DNA of 63,827 bases, filler included, from Nemertoderma westbladi (lineage: Eukaryota > Animalia > Xenacoelomorpha), in the NCBI GenBank assembly GCA_032718475.1. It is 4 parts of 4 records of this genome, joined end to end, with 100 filler letters (N's around TTAATTAATTAA, not from the genome) between each part and the next. Parts side by side here need not be neighbours in the genome. Positions count along the whole stretch, not along the records: positions 22,468 to 40,955 come from JAUCBJ010001033.1; 3 more parts are not named here. One strand, given 5' to 3'. Under the pieces are notes generated by a model. The model was given only the letters and a program-made list of their open reading frames with translations, ran no database searches and was not told the DNA's origin. A program made the translations under genes and the position numbers. The stretch's first letter is position 1; each line of letters begins with the position of its first letter. Below, piece after piece: positions 22,650-35,567 of the stretch.

Positions 22650-25600
22650 CGGTCCTACGAATTACCGCAAAAGACCGCAAAAGACCAAAAAAGACCGCAA
22701 AAGACCACAAAAGACCGCAAAATACCACAAAAGACCGCAAAAGACCACAAAAGATCGCAAAAAACCACAAAAGACCGCAAAAAACCACAAAAGACCGCAA
22801 AAGACTGCAAAAGACCACAAAAGAACAGAGAAGGCATGGATATACTGCAAGACGAATTACCGCAAAAGACCGCAAAAGACCACAAAAGACCGCAAAAGAC
22901 AGCAAAAGACCGCAAAAGACTGCAAAAGACCACAAAAGAGCACCAAGAAGTGAAAATTTAGTATTAGCGAGTGTCAGGCGCAGTCAGGCAGTCAGGTCAA
23001 TGTATAGAAGTTTTGTAGACCTACATTATGAATCAGACTGTCTGATCTGAAATTATTATACAGTACATTGTCATAATGTATTAATTAGATTTTGATACAG
23101 TTCAACAATTATTTCACAACTTATTATTGTTTTAGGTTTGCTAGATGAAAATGTGGGAAGGTGGATGGGAATGTGAATGTGGGAATCAATAAACGCTGTT
23201 GTTACCTACCAATTTAAGGAAAGGAGCAGGTTACAGCGGCAGCATTCTAACCAAAACAATAAACTATGTTGTTAACGGTACCAACCACAGTACAAATTGA
23301 GGGAAAGTAGCAGAGGATCGGACAGCCACAGCACAATGATCGGTGAACAATACAAGCCCAAAACAAACAAGCCAATAAAAACAATGAGCGAGATGGCAAA
23401 ATAGGCCCCTACAAAATATTGTAGTTAAAAAGTACTGTAAAAGTTTGGTATGGTCAATGGTCATTATGTGATTACGGGTCTGCCAAACACCCAACTTTCA
23501 CCCAACTCAGCAACTACACCCCACTTCCGCCCAACTACACAACTTTCACCCAACTTCAACCCAACTGTATCCAACTTACACCAAACTATACTGTATAGCA
23601 CCCAACTTCCACAAATTATAATAATGTACAGTAACAAACTCTGAACTTCTTTCAGGAGTTGCTGAGATATGAACTTTTTAAAAGCTTCATGTACTGTATT
23701 TTGCACCCACTGCTGAGCAATTTATGAAAATACTGTAACAAACTAACGTTTATATTTATTGCAGGTTGGTTCTAGAATAATTGATGAATTTAACAATAAA
23801 TATACAAAGGAGAGACCGAGACTATTGGCGAACGATCCAGATACCTACAGATGTCTACAGTACATATACCATACTCACCAAAATCCCAACCTAATGAAGC
23901 TACATGTACAAACTAAACTGGCGCTGTGGGATTGCGGTGGAAATGAAAACGGTATTGATATACAGGAGGGTCACACTGTTAACGACGAAATCGCATTGGA
24001 AACTTTTGTTGTAAGGAATGACAATGTTTATAATAAGTACAAATTTAATGGACATAATTTCTATATTATACAGTACTGTATGTTTAATGCAATTATAATA
24101 ATGTAATTATCCTTTATGTATCATAGAATACAAGAAAAAAACTAAGCAGCTTTATTTTAAAAATCATGGCCTTTATATTAATTAATAATAATTTATAACA
24201 AAACAACAGAAAGAATTTTATAACTTTTTACATTTTTGATAAATTAAAATGGGATCTGTACAGATCAAGAGAAATTCTGCAAAGAACTTATGATTCACTT
24301 CTTATTATCATTACTTCTTATTCTTTCTTATTATTATCATTCTTATTATGATTCACATACAGGCAATGCCAGAATGGACAAGATCTTTACGAGAATCGAT
24401 AACATATACAGTACAGATCTTAGTGGAACTAATAATTCATCACACTAAGGTAGAGAATTGCGTACGTTGATCAATGTAATCATATAGACGCGGCCTGTGG
24501 TCTCTAGTACATACAGTATATGTACAGTCAGTGGCGGTTCTAGGGGGGGGCAAGGGGGCATTTGCCCCTCCCCAGGTATCTTGGGGGGGGGGGGGGCTTG
24601 CCCCCTCCCTAGCGAAAGGTAATGTGGCAAATCCGTACCAGTGGGTACCGACTTTTGCTCGAAAACAGACCTCTCTGAGAAAAGACTTCTATTTTTTTTC
24701 AAAATTTAGTTACTACACCCGGCGGTCTCCATTATAAAACACTGATAATTTTGTAAAATTCTGGAACTTTGGGAATTCGGGAAAAAATCGGGAAATATTT
24801 TCAAAGTATAATAATTTTTTTAAATGTTTTTTTGTTTATTTTTTTTCATTGGGGGCTGCGAGGAACTGTAGCTTGTTTCCGAAACCTCTTCTCCACCGTG
24901 CAGTGGCGTGCAGAAGGGGGGGGGGGGGGGGGGGACCTTCCAAGGGGCGCCAAAATTTAAGCAGCAGTGGCATCATAGCCAGCTGATAGTATAATGGTGG
25001 TTCCAAGTTTAGCTTATTGATGCTAGAAATTTAGTCAATCCAACATACAAACATACATACAGTTTGGTTCTGTATTGGTTGCATAGCCTTTCAGCACTGC
25101 CCACAGTGCACATGTGAAGGTGTCACAGGTGAGAAGGTAGATGTCTCCTGCAATTGGTCCATGGTATGGTCACTGGAAATATCTCCATTGGTATGTTCAG
25201 TGGCTTTGTGGTTTAAGGCATGCAAGTAAATTTAAGCAGTAAATTTCTTAATATACTGTAATATAATTTTGCAATTAAAATAGTGAAATGGAAAGGCAGA
25301 AAGGAGTGCCACACACGTCACGTCTCTCCTCCACATCTTTGGAACGATACGGGTTACCACCAGCTGACGGCTGCGACCCTTCCATTAACTAAATAATTAG
25401 AGTAGACGCGGGTTTAGACAAAGTTGTTGTTAGGAATGTTTTTTTTGAACGATTTAAAGCTGGCGTTTATAAACTTGTCCAGATCGGACTCCACTGCTTG
25501 TGTGGAGCCATTTACAAGTCCGAAAAATTGACCTCAGCAAATTAAATATTTTGCCCCCCCCCCCCCCCCCAAGCAAAATCCTAGAACCGCCCCTGTGTAC

Positions 25601-28010
25601 AGTAGGATATGCCAATATTCCAAAAGTTCGAGAGGTATTTGCCCGTAACTTTCTAAAATATTGGAACTTTTTCTCCAGTACGCCCATACAAAATTTTGTT
25701 GAATATGGTTAAAATCTTCAAAAGTTATTTACGAATGTATTTTTCATTAAAGACAGATGGACAGACAGAAAGACGGACGCAATTACATGAAATTTTGCCC
25801 TATTTACTAATTATCATTGTGCGAAAAGGCTCGCCTTTACTGCGTGGCTCGACCCACAATCACAGAAAACCATGGTCACGAAATTTTAAAAATGACGTGT
25901 ATCACCAAATTTCAGTTCCAGAACGAAAAATACCAGTTATGCCTCTGAACTAAACATTAGATATATTGTACTGTATGGCCTACACAACTCCACATCCAAA
26001 AATGCGATGTGCATTAGAATTTGTATGGTTTTTGGCAACTTTATAATTTGCTTTATAATTTTTTATTTTGAAAAATTCTGACATATGGTGCGAGAAAGTG
26101 GTGAAAGTTAAGTGTAGTTGGATGAAAGTTGAATGTAGTTGGGTGGAAGTGGAGCGTAGTTGGGTGAAAGTGAGTCAAAGTTGAGAGTAGTTGGGTGATA
26201 GTTGTGTGGAGAGCTGGATGTTCTGTGGGACGAGTCACGCAGTCATGGCGAGACTTAGCGCACAATTGCAATTAGTAAAAATAAAGCAAAATTTAATCTC
26301 CGTCAGTTTACAAAAGCCCGCCTCTAGATAAAGCGGCTCTCTTTACTACTTTCAGCTATCCCGGGAGGTTGATTGACAGGCATTTCTAAGCTTTGATATT
26401 TAGCCGCTCTAGGTAGACTTGCATTAGGCAAATTCCAAGTGATTTCCTAAAGGTTATTTTATTCCTATTATGAACCTAATAGGATCCTATTAGGAGCCTA
26501 ATATGATCCTACTAGGAGCCTAATAGGATCCTATTAGGATCCAATAGGACGTTATTTAAAAGCGTTACTGTATCATGATACATAAAGGATAATTACATAA
26601 TTATAATTGCATTAAACATACTGTATAATATTGAATATTATGTCTATTAATTTTGAACGAATTATAGCATTGCCATTCCCATAACAGAAGCTTCCAATGC
26701 GATTTCGTCGTTAAGGCTGTGACCCTCCTGTGTATCAATACCTTTTACATTAACACAGCGCCAGTTTAGTTTGTACTGTAGCTTCATTAGTTTGGAGTTT
26801 CGGTGCGTGTTATATGTCGACATCTGTAGGTATCTGGATCGTTCGCCAATAGTCTCTATCTCTCCTTTGTATATTTATTGTTAAATTTATCAATTATTCT
26901 AGAACCAACCTGCAATAAATATAAACGTTAGTTTGTTACAGTATTTTCATAAATTGCTCAGCAGTGGGTGCAAAATACAGTACATGAAGCTTTTAAAAAG
27001 CTCATATCTCAGCAAATTCCTCATAGAAGTTCAGAGTTTGTTACTGTACATATTATAATTTGTGGAAGTTGGGTGCCATACAAGTATAGTTTGGTGTAAG
27101 TTGGATGCAGTTGGGTTGAAGTTGGGTGTAGTTGGGTGTTTAGGCAGACCCGTAATCACATAATGACCATTGACCATACCATACCAAACTTTTACAGTAC
27201 TTTTTAACTACAATATTTTGTTTTTTGCCTTCTCTCTCATTGTCTTCTTTGTTTTTATTGGCTTGTTTGTTTTGGGCTTGTTTTGTTCATCGATCATTGT
27301 GCTGTGGCTGTCCAATCCTCTGCTACTTTCCCTCAATTTGTACTGTGGTTGGTGCCGTTAACAACATAGTTTATTGTTTTGGTTAGAATGCTGCCGCTGT
27401 AACCTGCTCCTTTCCTTAAATTGGTAGGTAACAACAGCGTTTATTGATTCCCACATTCTGACATTCACATTCCCATCCACCTTCCCACATTTCCATCCAG
27501 CAAACCTAAAACAATAATAAGTTGTGAAATAATTGTTGAACTGTATCAAAATCTAATTAATACATTATGACAATGTACTGTATAATAATTTCAGATCAGA
27601 CAGTCTGATTCATAATGTAGGTCTACAAAACTTCTATACATTGACCTGACTGCCTGACTGCGCCTGACACTCGCTAATACTAAATTTTCACTTCTTGGTG
27701 CTCTTTTGTGGTCTTTTGCATTCTTTTGCTGTCTTTTGCGGTCTTTTGCTGTCTTTTGCGGTCTTTTGTGGTCTTTTGCGGTCTTTTGCGGTAATTCGCC
27801 TTGCAGTATATCCATGCCTTCTCTGTTCTTTTGTGGTCTTTTGCAGTCTTTTGCGGTCTTTTGTGGTTTTTTGCGGTCTTTTGTGGTTTTTTGCGGTCTT
27901 TTGTGGTTTTTTGCGGTCTTTTGTGGTCTTTTGCGGTCTTTTGTGGTCTTTTGCGGTCTTTTGCGGTCTTTTTTGGTCTTTTGCGGTCTTTTGCGGTAAT
28001 TCGTAGGACC
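22650..28010. mobile_element. Foldback/MULE-like element with about 1.5-kb inverted arms
   Basis: 22650-24130 is the reverse complement of about 26570-28010; termini GGTCCTACGAATTACCGC; decamer arrays (AAAAGACCGC)n; 9-bp TSD CCTATTGCC at 22641-22649 and 28011-28019. Confidence 0.9.
24529..25595. mobile_element. hAT-like MITE nested in the Foldback element
   Basis: TIR CAG(T/G)GGCGGTTCTAGG with perfect 8-bp TSD TGTACAGT. Confidence 0.8.
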
Positions 28011-28485
28011 CCTATTGCCTATAGGCCTATTAATAATGCTTTTTTTACCGGTCAGCCGATATTGATACTGGAATAGAGGAATATGGAAGAAATCACCAGT
28101 GCTTCCGCGGTTTCCATTAAACGTACTAACCAAACTAACTAGGTACTAACTAAACGTACTGACCCTACCGCATACCAGCAGACCGTTATAAGAACGAAGA
28201 ACTCTGGCAGTCTGTGAGTCTGTCACTATCTGACAGTCTGAATATAGGATTAAGGGTAATGCTGTAATGTCACAAATCCGTCAATCCAGCAATCAGTCTG
28301 TCCGGGTACAGGTACCCGTGGATTCGTGGATATATTTTTTTGCCCGAAAACAGGTCTCTCTGACTGTCTGAGAAAAGACTGAGACTTTTTATTCAAAATT
28401 CAGTCGGTCAGTTACTAGCCGGTCTCTGTGGGAAAGCATTTTTTCAAAACTGTTTTATATTTTTTTTACCGTCAGACCGTATCAG

Positions 28486-28660
28486 CGGTCCTACGAATTT
28501 CCCAAAAAAACACAAAATTACCCAAAAATACACAAAAAAAACACAAAAAAATACAAAAAAACACAAAAATTTACCCAAAAAAAACACAAAAATTTACCCA
28601 AAAAAAACACAAAAAAACAATATTTCCCAAAAAACTTACCCAAAAAGACAAAAATAATTT
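28486..28660. mobile_element. Orphan terminus of a related Foldback family
   Basis: Same CGGTCCTACGAATT terminus followed by different A-rich ACACAAAA/ACCCAAAA subterminal repeats. Confidence 0.55.
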
Positions 28661-29332
28661 ATATTCTATAAAAAGGTATAAACTGATAAGTTATAGGTGT
28701 TCCCATGTGTTTCGGTATCGGTAGTGCGATTTTAGTATTTTGGTTAGGTTAGATATCTGGATATTGAATAGGCCATACATAGCAAAGCAATACAGCAATA
28801 CGATGTCCGACTCCTAATCAGTTAAGTCAGTAAGTAGCAGAGATGAGATTGAGATTGTTTATTGCGCCATACTCAAATATATGGTTAATTATGACCTGAT
28901 GACATAAACACCAATTAATTAAATATCCATAAATATTAACAACACTTATTTATTTAGTGGTTACATCGACTGATCGAGCTGCGCGGGGATAACCTCATGA
29001 GTTATTCAACTCGTTTCCATGAAGGTCCCCGAATGTATCAGTTAAGTCCAACATAATGTTAAAAACGTAAATAAACAAAATAATAAGAATATTCACGATT
29101 ATGATACTTTTAAAATATCTAATACAGTAATAAATGTAAAAGGTCTTTTTGGTTAAATTTTCTAAAATTTTATAAAATCGTTTGAAAATCATTCTAAAAA
29201 ATATAGTTAACATGTAAGTTGATATAAAATATAGATACATACATACACTGTCGTCGCTTTACTAAAATTTATTTATTTAAGTTAAAGCGAATTGAATTAA
29301 GCAGTAGGCCTACCGTACTGTAGGTCAGTACC

Positions 29333-29808
29333 CCCGTATGCTAAGTGACTTTTTTGTGCGCTGAACGCGACGCGGCGCAGAAAAAAATGTGCGCCTGCGC
29401 AGTCGAAAACAGTGCAAAATCCGCGTGCGCAGCAGAAAAACTGCGCGAGATTGACGCGCGCAGCAGAAATTCTGCGCGAGATTGGCGCGCGCAGCAGAAA
29501 TTCTGCGCGAGATTGGCGCGCACAGCAGAAATACTGCGCGAAATCTCCTACCCCTCCTACCTCTGTAGTACCGGTACTGTACCGTACCACCTACCCGCCT
29601 GCCTACTCTACTGGCCTAAGCACACCAAGTAGGACGCTTTCTTATATTGCTGACATTACAGCATTACCCTGTCAGTGACAGGGTAGTGACTGCGCCTGCG
29701 CCGTGCGCGCCGCGCTCTGCTGCTCTGAATTTTCTGCGCCTGCTCCAAATTCTGGAAAAAATTGTGCGCCGAACGCGTTCGGCGTACATGCCCTACTTAG
29801 CAGACGGG
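29333..29808. mobile_element. GCGC-rich MITE with CC termini and 8-bp TSD (copy 1; Zisupton/KDZ- or hAT-like, unresolved)
   Basis: TIR CCCGTATGCTAAGT / ACTTAGCAGACGGG; TSD TCAGTACC. Confidence 0.8.
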
Positions 29809-29986
29809 TCAGTACCGTACTGTAGGTCAGTACCGTACTGTAGGTCAGTACCGGTAGCGGTAGGTAGACCAACCATCCTGCCATCAGCCGGTTGCAAAAA
29901 TAAGACTGTAACCTGTGTTCTTTGGCTATCGTTTATTGTTTTGGTTAGAAAAGCCTGCTACTCCGCTACCTACTGTAACCTGCAAC

Positions 29987-30610
29987 CCTGTATGGAATCC
30001 ATCCAAAAAGTGCGCCGGATAGCGCGCCGACCAATTTTTATGCGCGCCGCGCGCCGATCTGCCGATGCCATTTCGAAGAAAAACCCCGCGCCAACTAAAT
30101 TTTTAAGCACGCCGATGCAATTTCGAAGAAACCCCGCGCCAACTAAATTTTTAAGCGCGCCACACATTGAAACAATTTTGAAGAACGCCACGCCAATGCA
30201 AATTCAATTTGAGGGAGTGTAACCAATTTGTCAATGTCAGTCAGTACTGCTGTACCATAGTCCCTGATGCCCTATATCTGTATACAACAGTAGCCTAACC
30301 ATTGAACCATACAACAGACAGAAAAAGAAAGGCGAGCGAAGCGAGCCGAAATTTTTAAACAGCTAATGCTATTTTTAAGGCACTTCCATAATTGTTAAAC
30401 CTGTAAACTAAAAAATCGGCGCCGGTTTTTATTTTTGGGAGCGCCACGCGCCAAAGCTGAAAGCCGGCGTGCTTTACGATTTTCGAGCGCGCCACGCGCC
30501 AAAGTCAGCACGCTTTACGTTTTTCGAGCGCGCCACGCGCCACATTGGCGCGCTTTTATTGCAAAGTGCGCCGGATTAATCCGGCGCAAAGTGTATGGAT
30601 TCCAGTCTGG
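29987..30610. mobile_element. Related GCGCC-rich MITE with 8-bp TSD
   Basis: Ends CCTGTATGGAATCCAT / ATGGATTCCAGTCTGG; TSD CCTGCAAC; interrupts the recurring CTGTAACCTGCTCCTT module. Confidence 0.75.
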
Positions 30611-31435
30611 CCTGCAACCTGCTCCTTCCTACAAATATAATAAATTGTAAGCAAATGCAACGACACCGAATGCCGAAATATGCGCTGCTACACACTAGAG
30701 CACTACAGTTTCAATCACGACGGCCTTGGTTCTGTGGCCATGGCCAAGTATGAAATGATTGACAGAAATTTGATTCATGTATGTATGTAGATTTTGACTG
30801 GCATACAAGTAGAAATATAGAAATAAATAGGCTACCGGTTGGTACTCTTCTGCTCTTCGTATAATACAATACAATTGTAATACATACCGGTACGGTACTA
30901 TGCAGTGCAGCAGTGCTGCAGTGGGTAGATAAAATATAAAACTCCTACTGTCCTAGAGACTCAAAATTTAGGTCATAGTCTTTAAAGTAGCCCATATCTG
31001 CATATACTGAAGAATATACTGTACTGCTGTATGCTACAGCTACGTTATGTCCGCCAGGCTGCAAACCACCACTGCTGCACTGAACCGCGCACAACCTCTG
31101 CTCACAATTTTCCAGCCGCGCAATATTGGCCAATATACCGCACGCGTATGCACCGAAAAAAACGTGCACACGACATTTTAACAATGTAAACCAAAAACAT
31201 ACGCGAGCGAAGCGAGCAAAATTTTTTCATTAACATTGCAAAATGAAAAAGAAACGCGAGCAAAACTCAAAATGAGCGAAATTCAGAAATTTTGACATTT
31301 TGAACAATCTGACAATGCAAAATGCAAAGAAACGCAAAAATCCACAAAAAAACATTAAACAGTTGCCAGTTGGTAGTCAGGTAGTTACTGAGTTAGGAGC
31401 TTGTCAGTTGTTGCTGATTGTCATACACTGACAAC

Positions 31436-32021
31436 CCCGTATGCTAAGTGATTTTTTTGTGCGCCGAACGCGACGCGGCGCAGAAAAAAATGTGCGCCTG
31501 CGCAGTCGAAAACAGTGCTAAATCCGCGTGCGCAGCAGAAAAACTGCGCGAGATTGGCGCGCGCAGCAGAAATTCTGCGCGAGATTGGCGCGCACAGCAG
31601 AAATACTGCGCGAAATCTCCTACCACGTACCTGCCTGCCTACTGCTGTACTGGCCTAAAGCACACCAAGCAGCCAAGTACAGAAGTAGCAAGTAGGACAG
31701 TAGGAGGCTTATTATTTCAGTATTTCTTACAGTCTTATCTGTATTGTCATTACCTTGTTACCGGTCTGCCGGTAGTCAGCAGACTGCCAGGGGTAGCGGG
31801 TAGGTCTACTTACCAGTACTGACTTAGTGCTGTAGTGCAAGTCTGAGCCGTGCTATCAATTTTCTGTGCCTGCGCCTGTCAGCCTGTCGCGCCGCGCTCT
31901 AAATTTTCTGCGCCTGCGCGCTGCGCTGCGCTGCGCTCTCAATTTTCTGCGCCTGCTCCAAATTATGGAAAAAATTGTGCGCCGAACGCGTTCGGCGTAC
32001 ATGCCCTACTTAGCAGAATGG
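31436..32021. mobile_element. GCGC-rich MITE (copy 2)
   Basis: Same ends as 29333-29808; TSD CTGACAAC. Confidence 0.8.
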
Positions 32022-32680
32022 CTGACAACCAGAGCACCCAGACAGCCAGACCAGGCTAGGAATCAGGATCCATCCAAAATAACGATCGATTTGTTATCTA
32101 GTAGGCCTATAGGTACCGATTTATGAACACAACGACAACAGCAAAAATAACTGACTATTGACTAATCATATGCCCTGAAGTTGAAACTTTAGGGGCCTAC
32201 ATTGTTTGATTGTTTTCAGATTTGGGTTCGTTATTGAAGTCTTTATACGGTATATATATCTGTATACAACCTTGTATATAATAATCGTGCATGTAACGAA
32301 AACCAGTCCTCGTTTCCACTTCCAGACTTCTTCCCATTAACTAGGCTACCGGTTATCTGTAAACTGTAGTTTCATGCAGTCATGGAAATAAATTGAAAGT
32401 GATAATTTTAAGATATTATAGATGTTGATATTTTAACGTTTTCCTCACAATTTTGATTAAATATACATTAGCTACAATACAAGCTATCAGATTCAGAAGT
32501 CCAAAGGAGAGAAGTGTCGTTTTTCATATATAATAGCCATTATCCATAACCTTATTGTACCGGCGGACCGGCGAAAAACTTAGTTTCCGAACTGCACTGC
32601 AGTTGCCGAAAGCCTTTCGTTGTTTTCGGTCGTGTGGGCACAGGGCACATGCCCCGTAGCGAAACTGCATTTACATCACC

Positions 32681-32812
32681 ATGACAACACCAGCTGCAAC
32701 CGATAGCGCCCGTATTCGGAGTTATAAACTCAATAATTTGGATGCGAAAGAAGTTAGAAGACGTCGAGAAGAGGAAGGCGTTCAGTTACGGAAGGCTAAA
32801 CGCGAGCAACAG
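32681..32812 (+). CDS. KPNA1: Importin-alpha (alpha1 subfamily) exon 1, IBB domain
   Basis: [44 protein letters not shown]|gtgagt; RRRREEEG-x-QLRK is typical of KPNA1/5/6. Confidence 0.93.
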
Positions 32813-33618
32813 GTGAGTAAAGTCGCGACTACAGTTACACCATGTCCCTGAATATACAATAGAGACTAGGCCCAATTTTCTACAAATTATATTGAGATTG
32901 CATGAAACTTGAACTAACATTATGTTTCATATACAAAAAGTAAAATCACAAAAATATAGTAATTAGTTAGCCTACAGTTGACATAAATGATAATATTTTA
33001 TTTATATTAACAACCTCCCTCGCTAATGCTCACTGGTAAATTTTTACATGCCTCGGGATCAGAGCGATACATCGCGATTGGTTTTCCAAGTAATAAATAT
33101 TTTAATAATTGGCCTACTGTTCGAATTTTGAATTTGTGGCGTTCTAATCATAGTGTTACTCTGTAAGTTTATTTCAACTCAGTTAGTATAAACGTATTAG
33201 ACCTTAGATGTATATACAATATACATACAATATCGTCGTAGACACTTTTTTAAACCACGGTTAGAACCGTTTTCGCTTGGCCGGTTTTGGGACGTTTGTT
33301 CCAACGTTTTTTTCAGATTCATAGAGATAATATTGTCACAAATAACTTTAGTTAAAAGGGCTTAATAAATATATTCTAGAACATGAAAGTTCACTAAATT
33401 TGGAAATGTAGAGATATCTTAAATGTGCTTTTTATTCATAGATTAGGGGGGGGGGGGGGGGGGGGGTATTTTAAAGAAACCCCGGTTACAGAGTATCCAA
33501 TGTAACATGTTTTTTTAAATATATAGGCAAAATTAACTTTGCAAAGTCGGTAATGACGTCCACGTGGGATCGAACTTGTGACCCCCGGTACAGTATATCA
33601 TATGTTTTTTTCTCTTAG

Positions 33619-33696
33619 GTTCAGAAGAAACGTATGGTTGGTACCGATGTTGACTCTCAAGTTCAAGTTAATGTGATCACATCATCCTCATTGAAT
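33619..33696 (+). CDS. KPNA1: Importin-alpha exon 2
   Basis: tctcttag|VQKKRMVGTDVDSQVQVNVITSSSLN|gttagt; KKR at the autoinhibitory KRR position; phase 0/0 fits the neighbouring exons. Confidence 0.75.
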
Positions 33697-34039
33697 GTTA
33701 GTGAGCTACTTATTCTTCGGTTTATTTTATATTAATGTATTAATGTGGGGCGAGCCACGAAAATAAGCGAACTTAGCGTAAGGGTACCACTAACTCAACC
33801 TCGTGTCTAAACATTAAATGTCCTCCCATTTCATTGATTTGAATCAGTTAATGAAACTTGGCAGATACATGGTAAACCATCAGCTGTGTCTTTTAAAGGA
33901 GGCTCCGCCGGCAGTTCTAACCGGAAGTTTGAAACCTGGGTACCGGGTTCGAGCCCCAATAGGGTCGGTTGATATTTTTCGCTATGGAGAGCATTATCAT
34001 ATTTTATTTACATTATATATTTAAGTTCTCCAGTCTGCC

Positions 34040-34323
34040 TATCTATCTATCGGACTGCTGCATTGCAGCTGCACATTGAGATTATATGACGGCTTAACAA
34101 ATAAATTTGTGCCACCGCCATGTAATCCACAATTGGCTTGAAGTAATGCAGCCTGTATTAAGAATTCTATTCCGGCTTGTCGACAAAATTGCGCCGCCAC
34201 AACTCCCTATCACCCATGACATTTGCTAGATCATCCGCATCTTCAAGGCCAGTGTCCTTTAAGATGCGTCTCAAGAAAGTCATGGGCTGTCCACTAAGCT
34301 TATCTTATACACTCCATGAGGCC
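34040..34323 (-). mobile_element. RTE LINE 3' fragment, variant 3' UTR
   Basis: Body matches 50550-50700 but has a longer 3' UTR and a (GATA)n-like tail. Confidence 0.8.
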
Positions 34324-34729
34324 GAATGATGAGGTCGTATATCTAATGGAGATTATTGCACTTTCTTATATATAGGCTCACGTGCTGTGCGAAGGCCCCC
34401 CAACCGTGTATCAGTTTGCTTACCGGTAATGGGTACCGGTATGTGTAATATTTATTTACACACGTTTATGTATAAAATGGCGCTTTACTGTTTGCTGATC
34501 ACTAACTAAGGTAAAAGTACACTGTAAAGAACTGAAATAACACTGTAAAGTACATTTAATATATCCATGTTGTTTTATTCCAAGTAATATTGCGATTGTT
34601 GACGAAAAGCTGCGTATGAAACTCTTGTTTTGCAAAAACAAGTTATTTTAATTAATTATTGACGTTGGATTTCTCTAATTTTAGAATGGGTTTGATTGGA
34701 CGTAATATTAACTGAACCTGACCGACGGT

Positions 34730-34990
34730 TCAAGTTGTCCAGGTGGTTAGAACATTGGTCTACCAACTGTACGGTCGTGAGTTCGAGCCCCAGTAAAGTA
34801 ACTGCCCAGTTTTCGTTACTAAGCTGTTAACTCTAACTAACTCGCTTCAGCCACCCGGTTGTAACCTGGCATATACTGGGGGAGTAGAGGAAAGGGTTGG
34901 ATGGTGAGACTGTTTAACCTTTAGAGATAGTTTAGTTCCCTACCTGCCTTATAGGTATCGACTAAGATAACCTTTGGGTTGCGTTGCGTG
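34730..34990 (+). mobile_element. tRNA-derived SINE (degenerate)
   Basis: A-box TTGTCCAGGTGG, B-box GAGTTCGAGCCC, 3' CCTTTGGGTTGCG resembling the other SINE tails. Confidence 0.55.
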
Positions 34991-35345
34991 GTGGTTCATG
35001 TTTCAACTAATTTCCCGGTCAGAATCGGTCAGAAGATATTGCAATTTTAGCGTTTAGCGGACCAGCAGTCTGCGGGTTGGTCTGCCGAGTATTTAAATGT
35101 ATTTATCGACTCTGGTCAGGGTTAAACAGGACTTAGGATAAAGAACTCTAGGAGCGAAAATAAACTTAAGTAATGCAGTCGTCCTCGTCAGCGTAGGTAC
35201 GTTTTTTGGGGGGTTCGAACCCTACCGAAGGCCAATTCATTTTTCCTCTTTAAAAAAAGTCAGGTCCTTTTTTTGGACTCTACGGGACCCTCAACTAGCG
35301 TCTTGTTACTGTACGTGTAATTAATTACTTATTTATTATTTACAG

Positions 35346-35567
35346 CAGGGCCAGTTGCCGCCCTCCTTCCACGGACTTCCAGCGATAACATCGGAACTGG
35401 TAACGAACATACAGAACGGTTCCGAGGAACAACAGCTGTTGGCGACACAGAAGTTCCGTAAGATGTTGTCTAAGGAACCCAACCCGCCTATAGACGAGGT
35501 CATACAGACAGGCATTGTGCCGGCGTTCGTGGGGTTCCTTGAGAGACATAATAACCGACAGTTACAG
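35346..35567 (+). CDS. KPNA1: Importin-alpha exon 3 (ARM1)
   Basis: ...[37 protein letters not shown]...QLQ|gttaga; NAGNAG acceptor. Confidence 0.93.

Noticed and set aside
22642-22953. Lys/Arg-rich and Phe/Cys-rich ORFs (also at 27591-28133)
   Set aside because: Translations of decamer arrays in the Foldback arms
29297-32126. Many overlapping Ala/Arg/Cys-rich ORFs
   Set aside because: They arise from GCGC-rich MITE repeats bounded by TIRs and TSDs
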